From the IMG/VR virus record IMGVR_UViG_3300037042_002125, positions 62,001 to 126,000 of that record: 64,000 bases of DNA. One strand, written 5' to 3'. The translations under genes and the position numbers were made by a program. Below the pieces are notes generated by a model. That model saw only the letters and a program-made list of their open reading frames with translations, was not told the origin of the DNA and made no database searches. This document shows, piece by piece, positions 9,514 to 17,478 of this stretch. The first letter of the stretch is position 1; every line of letters starts with the position of its first letter.

Positions 9514-10068
9514 TTAGATTTTTGTTCCGCACAGTTCCGCAAACATTTTACGGGCTGTACCTTCATTTACACACCAGAACGCAGGATGCCTAAACTCCTT
9601 CCGCTTTTCGACGCACACAAGCCAGGCAGTTGTATTCTCTCGCTTCCACGTCAAGTGGTCTTGAGACGCTTTACTCATAGAGTAATCTGCAAGTACCTTC
9701 TTTGCCCACGCATCCAGGTGTGTGCTCTCTTTAGTACGGAGTTTCTGCCGTGCTATTAGCCCTAACACGGCGTTGAATTCAACAATGTCCCAGTCTGTTG
9801 GGACAATGCACCAAAACGGAGTATTCCGATAGGTAACAAGGGCAGTAGCCTTCGTCAGCGTAAGTTTTTTCTGGGTACCCAACTCACGCAGTATCCTTAC
9901 TGTGTTGGGCAACGTACCCCACTCGAACTCTGCGCTGCCCATGTAATCAAATGAGAGGATTTTGTCAACACCTTTCTTATCTTCTGAATGATACTTGCGT
10001 TCGAGGCAACGTTGAATCAAATTGAAGTCGTTAGTCAGTGTTGCGTATTTATCTCTGTCAAAAAACAT
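9514..10068 (-). CDS. hypothetical protein (FDYMGSAEFEWG motif)
   Basis: 184-aa ORF with AGGAGG RBS. Confidence 0.75.
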   Translation of the reverse strand: MFFDRDKYATLTNDFNLIQRCLERKYHSEDKKGVDKILSFDYMGSAEFEWGTLPNTVRILRELGTQKKLTLTKATALVTYRNTPFWCIVPTDWDIVEFNAVLGLIARQKLRTKESTHLDAWAKKVLADYSMSKASQDHLTWKRENTTAWLVCVEKRKEFRHPAFWCVNEGTARKMFAELCGTKI

Positions 10069-10080
10069 AAAGTCCTCCTT

Positions 10081-10815
10081 TTACTGTGGAATCGGGCGCA
10101 CAAACATTAAGGGCCGTTGGCTGCTATCAAAATAGGTATGGTGCCACCCTGAAGAGTACCCAGCAAACTTGCCATCGCCATCAACGTAGACAGTGAACGA
10201 CCCGCGACCAACGCCAGTGGCCTTAGGTCGAGACAAGAAGCGGTAGTTCCGAGTGTCCTCAGAGTCATGCAGGCTGTCTGTGGAATCAATCAGCGTAACT
10301 TTCCATTGAGTAGTCCCTGGCACCACAGGACGGTGGCCGACAATTTTCTCAGGCACAGCATCAACAAAGGCTACGTGACCTTGCGCGGGTATGCCGCCAG
10401 CAGTTGCACACTTCTGCTGGCAGGTGAAGACCATGATGTCACCGACCTTAACCTCGCGGATGTCTTGGACCTTTTGGAGAATGTCCTTGTTGACGGCTTC
10501 GACAAAGTTGTTTGTATGGAGGAAGCGAGTCTTCCGAGTGTATGCCTTCAGCATGTCATACGTTGTGTTGTTGGCCTTTTTCAAGACCCCACCCACAAAC
10601 TCAGAGCACATCGTATCAACTTTGTTCTCTGGGTGCCCATCGCTTGCCCAGTGTATTCCCGTGGCAGTTGGTGTGGCGTTGTATAAGTTGTTCTCAGGGC
10701 GGACAGTCTCTACAAGCTCACGCGCCAGCACCATGTGTTTTGGTATGGGTTCAGTTGCTTGGGCAAAGCCTAGTAAGGGCAGGAGTGCCAACAGGCACAC
10801 AGCTAAGTTTTTCAT
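10081..10815 (-). CDS. signal-peptide-bearing NlpC/P60/CHAP-like Cys hydrolase
   Basis: Sec signal MKNLAVCLLALLPLLGFA; MCSEFV ... VGDIMVF ... GHVAFV Cys/His arrangement. Confidence 0.6.
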   Translation of the reverse strand: MKNLAVCLLALLPLLGFAQATEPIPKHMVLARELVETVRPENNLYNATPTATGIHWASDGHPENKVDTMCSEFVGGVLKKANNTTYDMLKAYTRKTRFLHTNNFVEAVNKDILQKVQDIREVKVGDIMVFTCQQKCATAGGIPAQGHVAFVDAVPEKIVGHRPVVPGTTQWKVTLIDSTDSLHDSEDTRNYRFLSRPKATGVGRGSFTVYVDGDGKFAGYSSGWHHTYFDSSQRPLMFVRPIPQ

Positions 10816-10871
10816 AGAAGTTCCTTTTCAAAAGCGGGGAGCACATTGCCCTGCTCCCCAATGGGCGTAAC

Positions 10872-11270
10872 TTACACCTTAACGGGCTTGCCATCGCAAG
10901 TATTGTGGAGACCATGATTACGATCTATCGTCACAGGATAAGCAGGACCATGAAGCGACCAGTATGCTGCAAGGGCATCTGCCTCTGCCTTGTCCTGGGT
11001 ACTTACACGAGCGCCACGCTCATTGTTGACGTTTACTAACCGCCGGCTTGGCAGTATGTAGTATAGGTAATAAGTTGGAGGAGTGGGTTCAGCTACGATG
11101 CGGTATTCTACCCGCAACCACGGGTAGTCCGAAGTATCGTCCTTTTCCCAATCCTGCTTCAACTTGTTGCACTCTGCAAGGGTTAAGTTTTCAGTCCCCT
11201 CACAAAGGCCCCAAGGGGCCTCTGAGAGTTTGTGGTACCGATCTGCTTCGCGTGACTCTATGCAGGGCAT
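10872..11270 (-). CDS. hypothetical protein
   Basis: 132-aa ORF with GGAGG RBS. Confidence 0.6.
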   Translation of the reverse strand: MPCIESREADRYHKLSEAPWGLCEGTENLTLAECNKLKQDWEKDDTSDYPWLRVEYRIVAEPTPPTYYLYYILPSRRLVNVNNERGARVSTQDKAEADALAAYWSLHGPAYPVTIDRNHGLHNTCDGKPVKV

Positions 11271-11518
11271 TTTGCCGCCTCCTCTGCACTCAACTTGGTG
11301 TGCAGTTCCTGCAGGTCCTGCAAGTAGATGCAGGACGGGTTCCAGTCGATCGCCTTAATCACTGTCCTGCGGTCTGCTTTGTCGAGCATATTGAAGGGGT
11401 ACCAGCCTTGCTCTGACATAACGCAAAGGCCGAACACAAGATCCTTAGCAATTGCGACGTGACCATTTGTCCAGGTCACACCAGGCATAGCGCGGGGTTT
11501 GTTTGGATGTGTATCCAT
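11258..11518 (-). CDS. hypothetical protein
   Basis: ATG 11518 with AAGGA RBS; first gene after sigma70-like promoter. Confidence 0.55.
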   Translation of the reverse strand: MDTHPNKPRAMPGVTWTNGHVAIAKDLVFGLCVMSEQGWYPFNMLDKADRRTVIKAIDWNPSCIYLQDLQELHTKLSAEEAAKCPA

Positions 11519-11582
11519 AATTTGCAAATTTCCTTTTTGAAAAGTAATACGGTATAAACCGTTTCTAGCACACGGGTACTTC

Positions 11583-11600
11583 CCGTAGTTCATTGTAACA
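11583..11600 (-). promoter_or_regulatory. sigma70-type extended -10 promoter TGTTACAAT-GAACTACGG (repeated at 19391-19408 and, as a variant, 25819-25836)
   Basis: 18-nt word, two identical copies plus one variant, each heading a block of small genes. Confidence 0.65.
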
Positions 11601-11614
11601 CAGAAACGTGGAAA

Positions 11615-11634
11615 TACTGTATAAAAGCACAGTA
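11615..11634. promoter_or_regulatory. LexA (SOS) box TACTGTATAAAAGCACAGTA
   Basis: matches TACTGT-N8-ACAGTA; overlaps the -35 region of the promoter at 11583. Confidence 0.6.
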
Positions 11635-11764
11635 TTTAGGCTTTCCATAGCTAGAACAGCGATTTATTGCTTAATTTGTAAGCAAAACCAACCAAAGTTA
11701 GGACCAAAGATGCTACCCAGTAGGGGACATAATTGTCCTTGTCAAAAGTGCTTATGAAAGGGGT

Positions 11765-11842
11765 TGGTGGGACGTGTAGGACTTGAACCTACGACCAATG
11801 GATTATGAGTCCACTGCTACTGACCAACTGAGCTAACGTCCC
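11765..11842 (-). tRNA. tRNA with CAT anticodon, probably tRNA-Ile2 (lysidine type) rather than Met
   Basis: GGGACGT/ACGTCCC acceptor, GTGGA-CTCATAA-TCCAT anticodon arm, GGTTCAAGTCC T-arm, encoded CCA. Confidence 0.93.
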
Positions 11843-11853
11843 ACGCTGAAAAC

Positions 11854-12159
11854 TTACTGCAAGGTCGGGCCAGGTTCCGAGGGGCCTTGCTCTTGCTGTT
11901 CGCCAGAAGGTGCTTCACCACCCTCTGCAAGCTCAGCTGGTTGTTCGGCAGCCAACGCGGCGGCCGCAGCTTCCTGTTGATTGAACTCTTCGACGGCCTG
12001 CTGGATCTGTGAGGTAGCTTGGGTCTTGATGCTATCGAACAGGTCCTTGGTCTGACCCAAGGGACGCGGCAGCAAGGAGTCAAGGATGATTTCGGCACCG
12101 CGCACACGGACTTGCAGATTGATAATCAAATCCTTTTGTTGTTCTTCGGTCATTGGCAT
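11854..12159 (-). CDS. hypothetical acidic protein
   Basis: 101-aa ORF with AAGGA RBS. Confidence 0.7.
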   Translation of the reverse strand: MPMTEEQQKDLIINLQVRVRGAEIILDSLLPRPLGQTKDLFDSIKTQATSQIQQAVEEFNQQEAAAAALAAEQPAELAEGGEAPSGEQQEQGPSEPGPTLQ

Positions 12160-12321
12160 TTCAGTTTCCTTTGGGTTGGTTTACTAGCAGGGAATTTTGA
12201 TGTTTGGTTAAGGGTTCCGATTGCATCGCACAGTGTCCGCCAACAGGGCGGCCTGTGCCTACGCAATCAACTCATTCTATTTCGGCGGTTACGCATAATT
12301 CACCCCGAGTTTGTGCGCTTT

Positions 12322-12720
<399 letters not shown>

Positions 12721-12756
12721 CACCACAACCATATGAAGGTCAAGTTAGACTTACCC

Positions 12757-12826
12757 TTCTCAAAGTACGCTAGGAGAGAATGTACCAAATCAAGTATGCA
12801 AGATTTGGCCTAACGTGCTTTGAGAA
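12757..12826 (-). ncRNA. structured ncRNA D (unknown)
   Basis: terminal stem TTCTCAAAGCACGTTAGG/CCTAGCGTACTTTGAGAA plus inner CCAAATC/GATTTGG hairpin. Confidence 0.55.
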
Positions 12827-12829
12827 AGA

Positions 12830-12994
12830 TAGTGCCACAGTTGGAAAACATTCCTAGCCCCGATCATCTGTCTTGCGACAGACGCCTTACTATCAAAAGC
12901 CTAAATTTCTCACGTCTAGACAATGATCTCTCTTAATGTAGGCTCACCGACCTGAGACAGGCCGACTCTCAAACGCTCTCCAACTGTGGCACTA
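12830..12994 (-). ncRNA. structured ncRNA C (unknown)
   Basis: perfect 16-bp closing stem TAGTGCCACAGTTGGA/TCCAACTGTGGCACTA; TCTGTC-GCAA-GACAGA GNRA hairpin. Confidence 0.65.
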
Positions 12995-13004
12995 GCACTA
13001 ACCC

Positions 13005-13158
13005 TTCTTTGACCGCACTAACCTTCGGCACATTTATTCAATCGCCTTTCGGCGCAACGTGCAGCAACAAGACTAGCATTTCAGTTAGACGCCGCGGCGT
13101 TTATATACCTACCAACTTCTAGATTAAATAGGCATACCCAAATAGTGCGTTCAAAGAA
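13005..13158 (-). ncRNA. structured ncRNA B (unknown)
   Basis: closing stem TTCTTTGAACGCACTA/TAGTGCGGTCAAAGAA (15/16); CGCC-GAAA-GGCG GNRA hairpin. Confidence 0.62.
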
Positions 13159-13185
13159 AGGTCCTACTACCCATGATATAATTTA

Positions 13186-13371
13186 GGGTGCTGGCCGGCT
13201 AAGTAGGACCTCAATCCAGTTTTCGTGTCTTCAGATTTGTGGGGGCCTAACCCTCTCCGAATAACGATGCAGCCACTTAAGGCTAGTATGACCACCCACA
13301 CATTTTTCACTGGAAGCCCTATGTAGGTTTTTACTGACTGCAGGCGACGAACTTAACCTTCACCAGTATTT
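13186..13371 (-). ncRNA. structured ncRNA A (unknown)
   Basis: closing stem ATACTGG/CCAGCAC; nested TCCAGT/ACTGGA and TGTGGG/CCCACA stems; no ORF. Confidence 0.5.
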
Positions 13372-13375
13372 CTAT

Positions 13376-13624
13376 TTACAATTTGAGCTCATTGCAGATT
13401 GCACTGACAAGGTCTGTCCATGTTTCAATTTTGGCACAAACTTTATCGCTCAGTTCAATGTTGAATCTCTCTTCGAACTCCATAACAAGCACAATCAAAT
13501 CCAGAGAGTCTGCACCACTCTCTGAGATATTCTTATCAATCCGAATTTGATCTTTAGCCACACCTAAGTGTTCTGCTATGGTAGTATGGACACCCATTAC
13601 AATGTCCGACTTGGTAAGTATCAT
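13376..13624 (-). CDS. acpP: acyl carrier protein
   Basis: 82 aa with GADSLD phosphopantetheine site and MEFEERFNIEL helix. Confidence 0.9.
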   Translation of the reverse strand: MILTKSDIVMGVHTTIAEHLGVAKDQIRIDKNISESGADSLDLIVLVMEFEERFNIELSDKVCAKIETWTDLVSAICNELKL

Positions 13625-13807
13625 CTACTTCTCCATATCTACACACATCAACAGTGATGTAAACAAACGTTCTACTTTTTTACGATCACGTTTCCACAGC
13701 TTACGGGCCTTTCCTGGTGGCGGTGCACAGCAATTACACTTCCACCCACCTGGGCCAATAGACTTGTGGTTCATAACCTTCCGGTAGAACGCCTTTTCAG
13801 TTTGCAT
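13625..13807 (-). CDS. small basic Cys-containing phage protein
   Basis: IGPGGWKCNCC motif; AGGAG RBS. Confidence 0.65.
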   Translation of the reverse strand: MQTEKAFYRKVMNHKSIGPGGWKCNCCAPPPGKARKLWKRDRKKVERLFTSLLMCVDMEK

Positions 13808-13986
13808 GAAATCTCCTTGAAGTTAATCATCGCTTCATGGGATTCTCCTTAAGTTGGATTGGATTGAAATGCAGGAACACTAAAAATAGTGTTTACATAA
13901 AGAAAAATGCAGTTTACGCTACTGCAAAACGTAGTCAAAAGTTGACGTTAAACGTCAACAAAGTAGGAGAACTATAACTTTTACTA

Positions 13987-14568
13987 TTAGGCCTTTGGCA
14001 AGGTCACACCGACCTGACCTTGGTACTTACCACCGCGGCTGGCGTAAGTCGTTTCGCACTGCTCGTCGCTTTGGAAGAACAACATTTGGGCGCAGCCTTC
14101 GTTGGCGTAAATCTTTGCTGGCAGCGGCGTTGTGTTCGAGAACTCAAGCGTAACGTATCCTTCCCACTCTGGCTCAAGAGGAGTGACGTTGACAACAATG
14201 CCGCACCTGGCGTAAGTGCTCTTGCCCAAACAAATAACAAGTACGTCACTAGGGATAATGAAATACTCCAAGGTACGGGCCAGCGCAAAGCTGTTAGGTG
14301 GGATGATACAATATCCCTTGCCGCTAACGTCAACAAAGCAACCTTCGTCAAAATCCTTTGGATCAACAATGGTGCTGTTGATGTTGGTGAAGACCTTAAA
14401 CTCGTCTGCACACCGTACGTCGTAGCCATAAGATGATGTCCCATAGCTAATAACCTTTTTGCCTTTGTTGGCGGATCGCACTTGCCCTGGCTCAAAAGGT
14501 GCAATCATAGGTCTGAATTTTAAGCCTAGGCACTGCTCTCGAATCCATTTGTCGCTTTTGATACTCAT
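13987..14568 (-). CDS. dcd: dCTP deaminase
   Basis: [32 protein letters not shown] motifs; proteobacterial type. Confidence 0.97.
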   Translation of the reverse strand: MSIKSDKWIREQCLGLKFRPMIAPFEPGQVRSANKGKKVISYGTSSYGYDVRCADEFKVFTNINSTIVDPKDFDEGCFVDVSGKGYCIIPPNSFALARTLEYFIIPSDVLVICLGKSTYARCGIVVNVTPLEPEWEGYVTLEFSNTTPLPAKIYANEGCAQMLFFQSDEQCETTYASRGGKYQGQVGVTLPKA

Positions 14569-14588
14569 GATGTTTTGTTCCTATCTGT

Positions 14589-14849
14589 TTAAATTCTTGC
14601 ATTATGACCAATTGCCCAAACAATAACAAGCCCAGAGCAAATAAACAATGCAAGGGTTATTAACGACACAATAGGAACAGCGGCTTCAAACGCGGGGCTA
14701 GGAGCAAGCCAGCCAAAGTACCAAGCAATTGGTCCTGATAGACCAAAGCTTGCCGATACGTATGCCATTACTTTAGCAAAAGGTATTACCCACCATAGTG
14801 GTGTATTAAAGTCTCCGTGGTATGGAATTTTTGTGTTCATGAGTTTCAT
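14589..14849 (-). CDS. membrane protein
   Basis: two hydrophobic segments. Confidence 0.6.
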   Translation of the reverse strand: MKLMNTKIPYHGDFNTPLWWVIPFAKVMAYVSASFGLSGPIAWYFGWLAPSPAFEAAVPIVSLITLALFICSGLVIVWAIGHNARI

Positions 14850-14850
14850 G

Positions 14851-15123
14851 TCAGCCGCCTATGTAAAAGTCAGAAGGTTTCCGATCAGGTTGGAACAACG
14901 TCTCTGCCGCAAGGGCGACGTTGCATTGCATGTCCGAGAACGATGCGTCAGCGTTCTGCGTACCGCGCAGGAACCCAACGACCTTGTGCATTGTGTCATG
15001 CAGGTACGCCTCAAAGCTCACGCCGCTGGTTGGCTGGTTGGTGTCTGCAAAGTATTTATGGACGGCGCCTGTGACGAACCAGAGCAAATGCGTGTGATCG
15101 TATTGGGGACTAGGTTGTTTCAT
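14851..15123 (-). CDS. hypothetical protein
   Basis: ATG 15123 with AGGA RBS. Confidence 0.6.
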   Translation of the reverse strand: MKQPSPQYDHTHLLWFVTGAVHKYFADTNQPTSGVSFEAYLHDTMHKVVGFLRGTQNADASFSDMQCNVALAAETLFQPDRKPSDFYIGG

Positions 15124-15150
15124 AAAAAGTTCCTGGTTAAAGTTCAGTAA

Positions 15151-15762
15151 GAGAAAACAAAAGAGAGAACATAGACGCTTTTCGTACCACTTCATCTTTC
15201 GAAGCCCACCTTAGTGGTTCGTGGTCTGGACTATGCCTTAACCAATCATGCCGCACAGCTAATGCGGTTAGGCTTTTCTGATAAAGAAATCCCTACATGA
15301 CTTGAGGTCCGCGCCGTCTAGTCTCTACACCTTCCCAAAATTTTAGCTTTGGGCTTGGCTCGGCGTTATCATATATCAGTACGTCACATTCTCTGCTCCA
15401 TAAGGAGACTGGCTAGTTACGGTTTTTGATGTGGCCGCCCAGCGGATGCCAACAACCGGTGACTGTGGAAACTGTTATTACCACCTGACTTAGAGTTCGC
15501 CGAATTTGACGCGATTCACCTTCCCCCTAATTTACCTACCTACTATTTTTCAAGTAGCTGCAGGTTTTTCGAAGGGACATTTTATACGCCTTTCGGTTGC
15601 GTTCTTCAATCCTAGGAAATCAACGGCTGGTGAGTTACACACCAGCGGTTAGGCCCTGTCGTGACTTCTGCGGATTTAACCCAAACGCATTTTTCGTAGA
15701 TGCACAATTATCTCCTTGAGGAGTCTATCAATGTACGCCTATGTTCTCACTTTTGTTTTCTC
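15151..15762. repeat. 27-nt inverted repeat arms (15151-15177 and 15736-15762)
   Basis: GAGAAAACAAAAGTGAGAACATAGGCG vs CGTCTATGTTCTCTCTTTTGTTTTCTC: 25 WC pairs, 1 G:U, 1 mismatch. Confidence 0.9.
15183..15585 (-). ncRNA. group I intron ribozyme core, IC3 Azoarcus/tRNA type; no host gene seen; 5' boundary uncertain (15585 or 15734)
   Basis: CGCGTC-AAATTCGGCGAA (P3/P4), AACGCCGAGCCAAGC (P4/P6), GAAGGTGTAGAGACTAGACGGCGCG (P7/P3), AAGGCATAGTCC (P7), P9 ACCAC/GTGGT, candidate terminal G at 15183. Confidence 0.9.
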
Positions 15763-15788
15763 ACTATCTATTTACAGTTTGAGCAAAA

Positions 15789-16172
15789 CTAGCTCTTTGG
15801 CTCAAGCCCTTCTATGTTAAGGACCTGACCTCGTAATAATCTAGCTCTCATTTCAAAATCCTCGCACTCACGTTGCTCTGTGTTCGTGCGATGTTGCAGT
15901 TTGCGAATACGTGCCGCGATCTGCTCAAAATCTTCAGCAGTGCCAGTCAATACCTTTACCGCCGCGTCTAAGCCTGCTTGGTATTGATCCTTGCGATTAT
16001 CAGAAAGTATCTTGATAATAGCTTTGATAAAGGAGCGCAAGCCTTTAGGGCTGAACCCATGAGTGGTGTACCCGCTAGCATCAACTTTGCCATAGCCAAA
16101 GTCCTCATGCTTAACTGCCAAGGCCTCAATTTGCTTAACAGTGATTATGCGAATCGGATAAATGGTTTTCAC
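15789..16172 (-). CDS. hypothetical protein
   Basis: 127-aa ORF with GGAG RBS. Confidence 0.65.
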   Translation of the reverse strand: MKTIYPIRIITVKQIEALAVKHEDFGYGKVDASGYTTHGFSPKGLRSFIKAIIKILSDNRKDQYQAGLDAAVKVLTGTAEDFEQIAARIRKLQHRTNTEQRECEDFEMRARLLRGQVLNIEGLEPKS

Positions 16173-16375
16173 GTTTCGTCTCCTCTTGAGTTAATCTCCT
16201 CAGCCTTACGCAGGCGCTTGTTATCATTTTCAAGGTCAGTGATCAGAGTCTTCAACGCTTGTATAGCGGCGTTGTAGGCATCAACCTTTTCTTTGGTCGG
16301 CCTTGTGTATGCCAGTCCACTTACGCAGCCGTCGAGGTCATCTATAAGCTTGGCGCCATCCTTACTGAGTAACAT
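16169..16375 (-). CDS. hypothetical protein
   Basis: 68-aa ORF with GGAG RBS. Confidence 0.55.
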   Translation of the reverse strand: MLLSKDGAKLIDDLDGCVSGLAYTRPTKEKVDAYNAAIQALKTLITDLENDNKRLRKAEEINSRGDET

Positions 16376-16390
16376 AATTTACTCCAAGTC

Positions 16391-16645
16391 TTAGCAGCTA
16401 ATTATAGAAATGGGCCTTCTCGACTCTCGCCGCATCCTACGCAAGATCGCCGCATCCTTGTCAAGGCTCGTCAAGGTCTTACGCATCTTGTCCAAAGCCT
16501 CTTCATACTCTTTTTTAGCATGATCCACCGAAGGTCCGGAACCTTGGTCCTCAAACCACCCCCAGTGCTTTGTTGCACTAACAAATTCTGCCAATAGAGT
16601 TTCAAGCCTCTTAGGCAGGACTTGGGTCTTTGATTTTGTGTTCAT
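16391..16645 (-). CDS. hypothetical protein
   Basis: 84-aa ORF with GGAG RBS. Confidence 0.6.
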   Translation of the reverse strand: MNTKSKTQVLPKRLETLLAEFVSATKHWGWFEDQGSGPSVDHAKKEYEEALDKMRKTLTSLDKDAAILRRMRRESRRPISIISC

Positions 16646-16648
16646 AAC

Positions 16649-17032
16649 TTATCTCCGCATTTTGGAAATATCCTTTATCTCCTCGTCAGAGAAGACAGGG
16701 ATGCCGTTGCTCTTGTGGAGTACAGACACGCCGAGCATTTTTGTGCCTGTGTACTTTGGGCTCGCCTTAAACGTGCCTCTGTATTCTTGGTCGCCAAGAG
16801 CCTCGCTTGCATTCAAGCTCTTGAGGTGCTTTGTGTTCGTCCTGCCTGGTGGAGTTTCTAACTTAGGCATCATCCGCAAGCTCATGCCCTTAGGCCTAGG
16901 CGTGCGAGCAAACTTAGGCAAAGCGTCTAGGCGAGCCTGCATCTGCACAAAGGCCTGCTCTGCATCCAGGTCGGACTTAGTGGCTTTGCGAGGTTTACGC
17001 CGTGGCGCCTTGTCAATAATTCGGAGGAGCAT
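16649..17032 (-). CDS. phage hypothetical protein (YTGT...HKSNxxPVF...ISKMRR)
   Basis: C-terminal motif I recall from large myoviruses. Confidence 0.7.
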   Translation of the reverse strand: MLLRIIDKAPRRKPRKATKSDLDAEQAFVQMQARLDALPKFARTPRPKGMSLRMMPKLETPPGRTNTKHLKSLNASEALGDQEYRGTFKASPKYTGTKMLGVSVLHKSNGIPVFSDEEIKDISKMRR

Positions 17033-17474
17033 AGTCTTTGAGAAACAACTTAGCTGAGTAATGGAGATCGAATTCTTCACCTATTACAAAGACATTGGTG
17101 GCCCCAGGCGTTGTGTCATACCAGAAGTAGGCATCCACTTCATCTGTTAGCATAAAGGCGCTAGGTGCCCAAATCTTCCAAAGGTCAACTGGGTAGTACC
17201 AGAGGATCTTTGCTCCTTTGCGGGTCGCCTGCTTGATCAAGTTGAAACGATGTGAGCTCCAGCGCACTTTGGTTTCCTCGTACAGCTCACGAGATACTGC
17301 TTCGAGCCACCCTTCGCCTGAATCTACGTGGCCACCGAACAGACCCCAGGTGCCAGGATTGTTGCACTGTGCTGAGCGTTTGCCTAACAAAATCTTTTGA
17401 GGATCTGTTGGGTGTGTAATAACTACCCATACGCGAGTATCTTTATCAGATTCTTTTTCATTTGGCTGCCCCAT
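17013..17474 (-). CDS. Nudix hydrolase
   Basis: Nudix box GGHVDSGEGWLEAVSRELYEET. Confidence 0.9.
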   Translation of the reverse strand: MGQPNEKESDKDTRVWVVITHPTDPQKILLGKRSAQCNNPGTWGLFGGHVDSGEGWLEAVSRELYEETKVRWSSHRFNLIKQATRKGAKILWYYPVDLWKIWAPSAFMLTDEVDAYFWYDTTPGATNVFVIGEEFDLHYSAKLFLKDYAPPNY

Positions 17475-17478
17475 GTTA

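Noticed and set aside
11690-11764. Theta/HDV-like ribozyme after the tRNA
   Set aside because: No nested double pseudoknot seen; only a small hairpin.
13219-13318. Hammerhead-like words CUGAAGA...GAAA in ncRNA A
   Set aside because: Only 3 nt separate CUGANGA and GAAA (no stem II), and there is no properly placed NUH cleavage triplet.
12757-13371. CRISPR array or MITEs
   Set aside because: Repeats are inverted and differ per module; no direct repeat-spacer periodicity or target-site duplications seen.
15124-15195. N-terminal extension of ORF 14851 to 15195 as the intron host gene
   Set aside because: It runs through P9 and the repeat arm; ATG 15123 has its own RBS, and no upstream coding exon is evident.
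15183-15734. Homing endonuclease or IStron cargo in the intron
   Set aside because: No ORF of 60 aa or more inside it and no transposase nearby.
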